In this document: one piece after another, positions 62,462 to 64,000 of the stretch
Numbering within the stretch: position 1 is the stretch's first letter
Layout of the letters: each line of letters opens with the position of its first letter
NCBI GenBank assembly: GCA_038831915.1
Contig: JAWBKB010000005.1
Location: forward strand, 1 to 64,000
DNA from: Candidatus Caldarchaeum sp.
GTDB lineage: Archaea; Thermoproteota; Nitrososphaeria_A; Caldarchaeales; Caldarchaeaceae
Direction of reading: 5' to 3'
Length of the DNA: 64,000 nucleotides
The notes under the pieces: generated by a model
What the model was told of the DNA's origin: nothing
What the model saw: only the letters and a program-made list of their open reading frames with translations
The model's database searches: none
Made by a program: the position numbers and the translations under genes

Positions 62462-63102
62462 CTGACGAGCAGTTCTACTAGTAGTATCAGAGCGGCGGTG
62501 ATTATTCCCAGCCCGGCCATGCGAAGACCCGTCATGACTATGTTGATTCGGCTGAATTTACCGAGGAACATGCCGAGAACGAACAATATCACAAGCGCCA
62601 CGGCAGCCGATAAAGCAGGAGCCATGGGCTGCAGCTCAACTACTATGAGGCTTACGATGTAGGGGAGAAGAACAGCCATCGAAAGAAGAAAGTTTGAGAA
62701 ACCGCCGACGAACGACACAATCAACGTGCCGATGGCTGCAGCTTTTCCGATAACTGTATCGCTTACATCCCGCAGCATAGACTCTTGGATTTCACGCATC
62801 AAACGCCTTGTTTCAGCGCTTTCCGTAAGGTAGATTCCAGAAACACCCGAGACAAGCATGGCGATGGCCGTGCCCAAGCCCGCGAAAACGACCGTTGAAA
62901 TCTTTGTTCCGGGAACAATTGCCGCACCCAGAGAAAGCCCCATCATCGCCAAAACACCGTCAAACGAATTACTGAAGAAATACCTGCGAATCGCCACCTG
63001 CTTTTCAGAAATTTCCAAACTTCTTTGAACATTAGACCAAATGTCGGCAAAAAAATTCATTATTTTTCGAAACATATCTAAGCCTTGAGACCGGCATATC
63101 AC
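62458..63102 (-). CDS. VIT1/CCC1-like membrane protein
   Basis: RRYFFSNSFDG...SGVSGIYLTESAE, 5 TM; start uncertain. Confidence 0.75.
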   Translation of the reverse strand: MICRSQGLDMFRKIMNFFADIWSNVQRSLEISEKQVAIRRYFFSNSFDGVLAMMGLSLGAAIVPGTKISTVVFAGLGTAIAMLVSGVSGIYLTESAETRRLMREIQESMLRDVSDTVIGKAAAIGTLIVSFVGGFSNFLLSMAVLLPYIVSLIVVELQPMAPALSAAVALVILFVLGMFLGKFSRINIVMTGLRMAGLGIITAALILLVELLVS

Positions 63103-63193
63103 TCGGAGAGGTGACTTATAACCTTACAACGTCTTTAAACGACGAAAAAGCTGGCAGCACAACTTTTATTATAGGTTCAACGATTCTGTGTTC

Positions 63194-64000
63194 ATGCCCA
63201 GTCTCAAGTCACGGTTCGCTGTGACGGTTTTGCTGGCGGCGGGTCTATACCTGACGACGTATGCTTTAGTTCAGCTCGAGATACTGAATCCCATCGTCGA
63301 AAGAGTTGTTCTGTTATTGGGAGTAGTTTTAGCCGGTGCTTACATCGTCCGAATTACATCATCCTACATCGTCAAAACTTTTCAGCCACTCGTGGGCCAG
63401 CAAGCCGTCGGCGGCTCCCTCATCATCCAAGTCATCGGATACGTAGCCATCGCTGTCTTTCTCCTTTCATCACTAGGCATCCCGCCTGAAACAGCTCTCG
63501 CAGGTGGAACAGTCACAGGCCTCGTAATTGGCCTCGCAGGCCAAACAACCTTATCCAACGTAATCGCAGGAATCATCCTACTGGCTTCACGGCCTTTCAA
63601 AATCGGCGACCGAGTAGCGGTCGTCACAAGCTCAGTACCTTTTCAGTGGGCTTTCCTGCCAGGATACAAATATTTCTCACGGGACTACGTCGTGCCCGCC
63701 TACACAGGCATCGTCGAAAACATGAGCCTCATGTACACCACGCTCGTCACAGACGACAAACTCGTCATAAAAATCCCAAACAACATCATCCTGGCCAACT
63801 CAGCAATCGCGAACTATTCCGAAGTCAGCGAAAGAATCCGAAAACTTCGATACGAATTTCCAATAGACGTTGACCCTCAATCAGTTCTCGAATGTCTCCG
63901 CATCAGTTTATCAGACATTCCCGAAGTGAGAAACATCTACCTCGAGGAACAAAGCGACAAAACACATTACATCGTTTCAATAGTTTTCGAAGCACCGCAT
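63194..64000 (+). CDS. MscS-family mechanosensitive channel, truncated by the window end (not in ORF track)
   Basis: Manual translation from ATG 63194 includes GLAGQTTLSNVIAGIILLASRPFKIGDRV and KIPNN. Confidence 0.88.
   Translation, partial: MPSLKSRFAVTVLLAAGLYLTTYALVQLEILNPIVERVVLLLGVVLAGAYIVRITSSYIVKTFQPLVGQQAVGGSLIIQVIGYVAIAVFLLSSLGIPPETALAGGTVTGLVIGLAGQTTLSNVIAGIILLASRPFKIGDRVAVVTSSVPFQWAFLPGYKYFSRDYVVPAYTGIVENMSLMYTTLVTDDKLVIKIPNNIILANSAIANYSEVSERIRKLRYEFPIDVDPQSVLECLRISLSDIPEVRNIYLEEQSDKTHYIVSIVFEAPH

Overview
Gene-dense, mid-GC archaeal chromosome segment. Taxon is inferred from gene content only: eukaryote-like topoisomerase IB, topo VI-B, RadA, aCPSF1, proteasome beta, Cdc48, Fen1, Nep1, Rpp21, eS17/eS19/eL37 and Rpo12 point to a TACK archaeon, most likely Aigarchaeota (Caldiarchaeum-like). 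Most of the window is housekeeping and metabolism (leu/ilv, acnA, pyk, gnd, mtnA). Accessory parts are an IS6 relic at the left edge, a DsrE-TusA-SQR-ArsR sulfur operon, a NitT/TauT ABC cassette, a hydantoinase/racemase operon, and a nucleoside hydrolase-ECF-ribokinase block next to tRNA-Ala(TGC). I found two small genes (rpl37e, a DUF1059-like gene) and a partial MscS that are missing from the ORF track. I found no CRISPR array, rRNA or intact mobile element, and no unambiguous new system. The best leads are: a Leu-rich uORF/hairpin/T-tract leader before leuA-ilvBNC (possible archaeal attenuator); a QrtT/QueK-like nucleoside salvage module; tRNA-Ala fragments around the tRNA gene; several palindromic operators (SqrR-like, DtxR-like, and a pair flanking an ArsR gene); and a 61/62-nt identical D1/D2 tract inside cdc48. 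All family calls come from motif recognition, not database searches.
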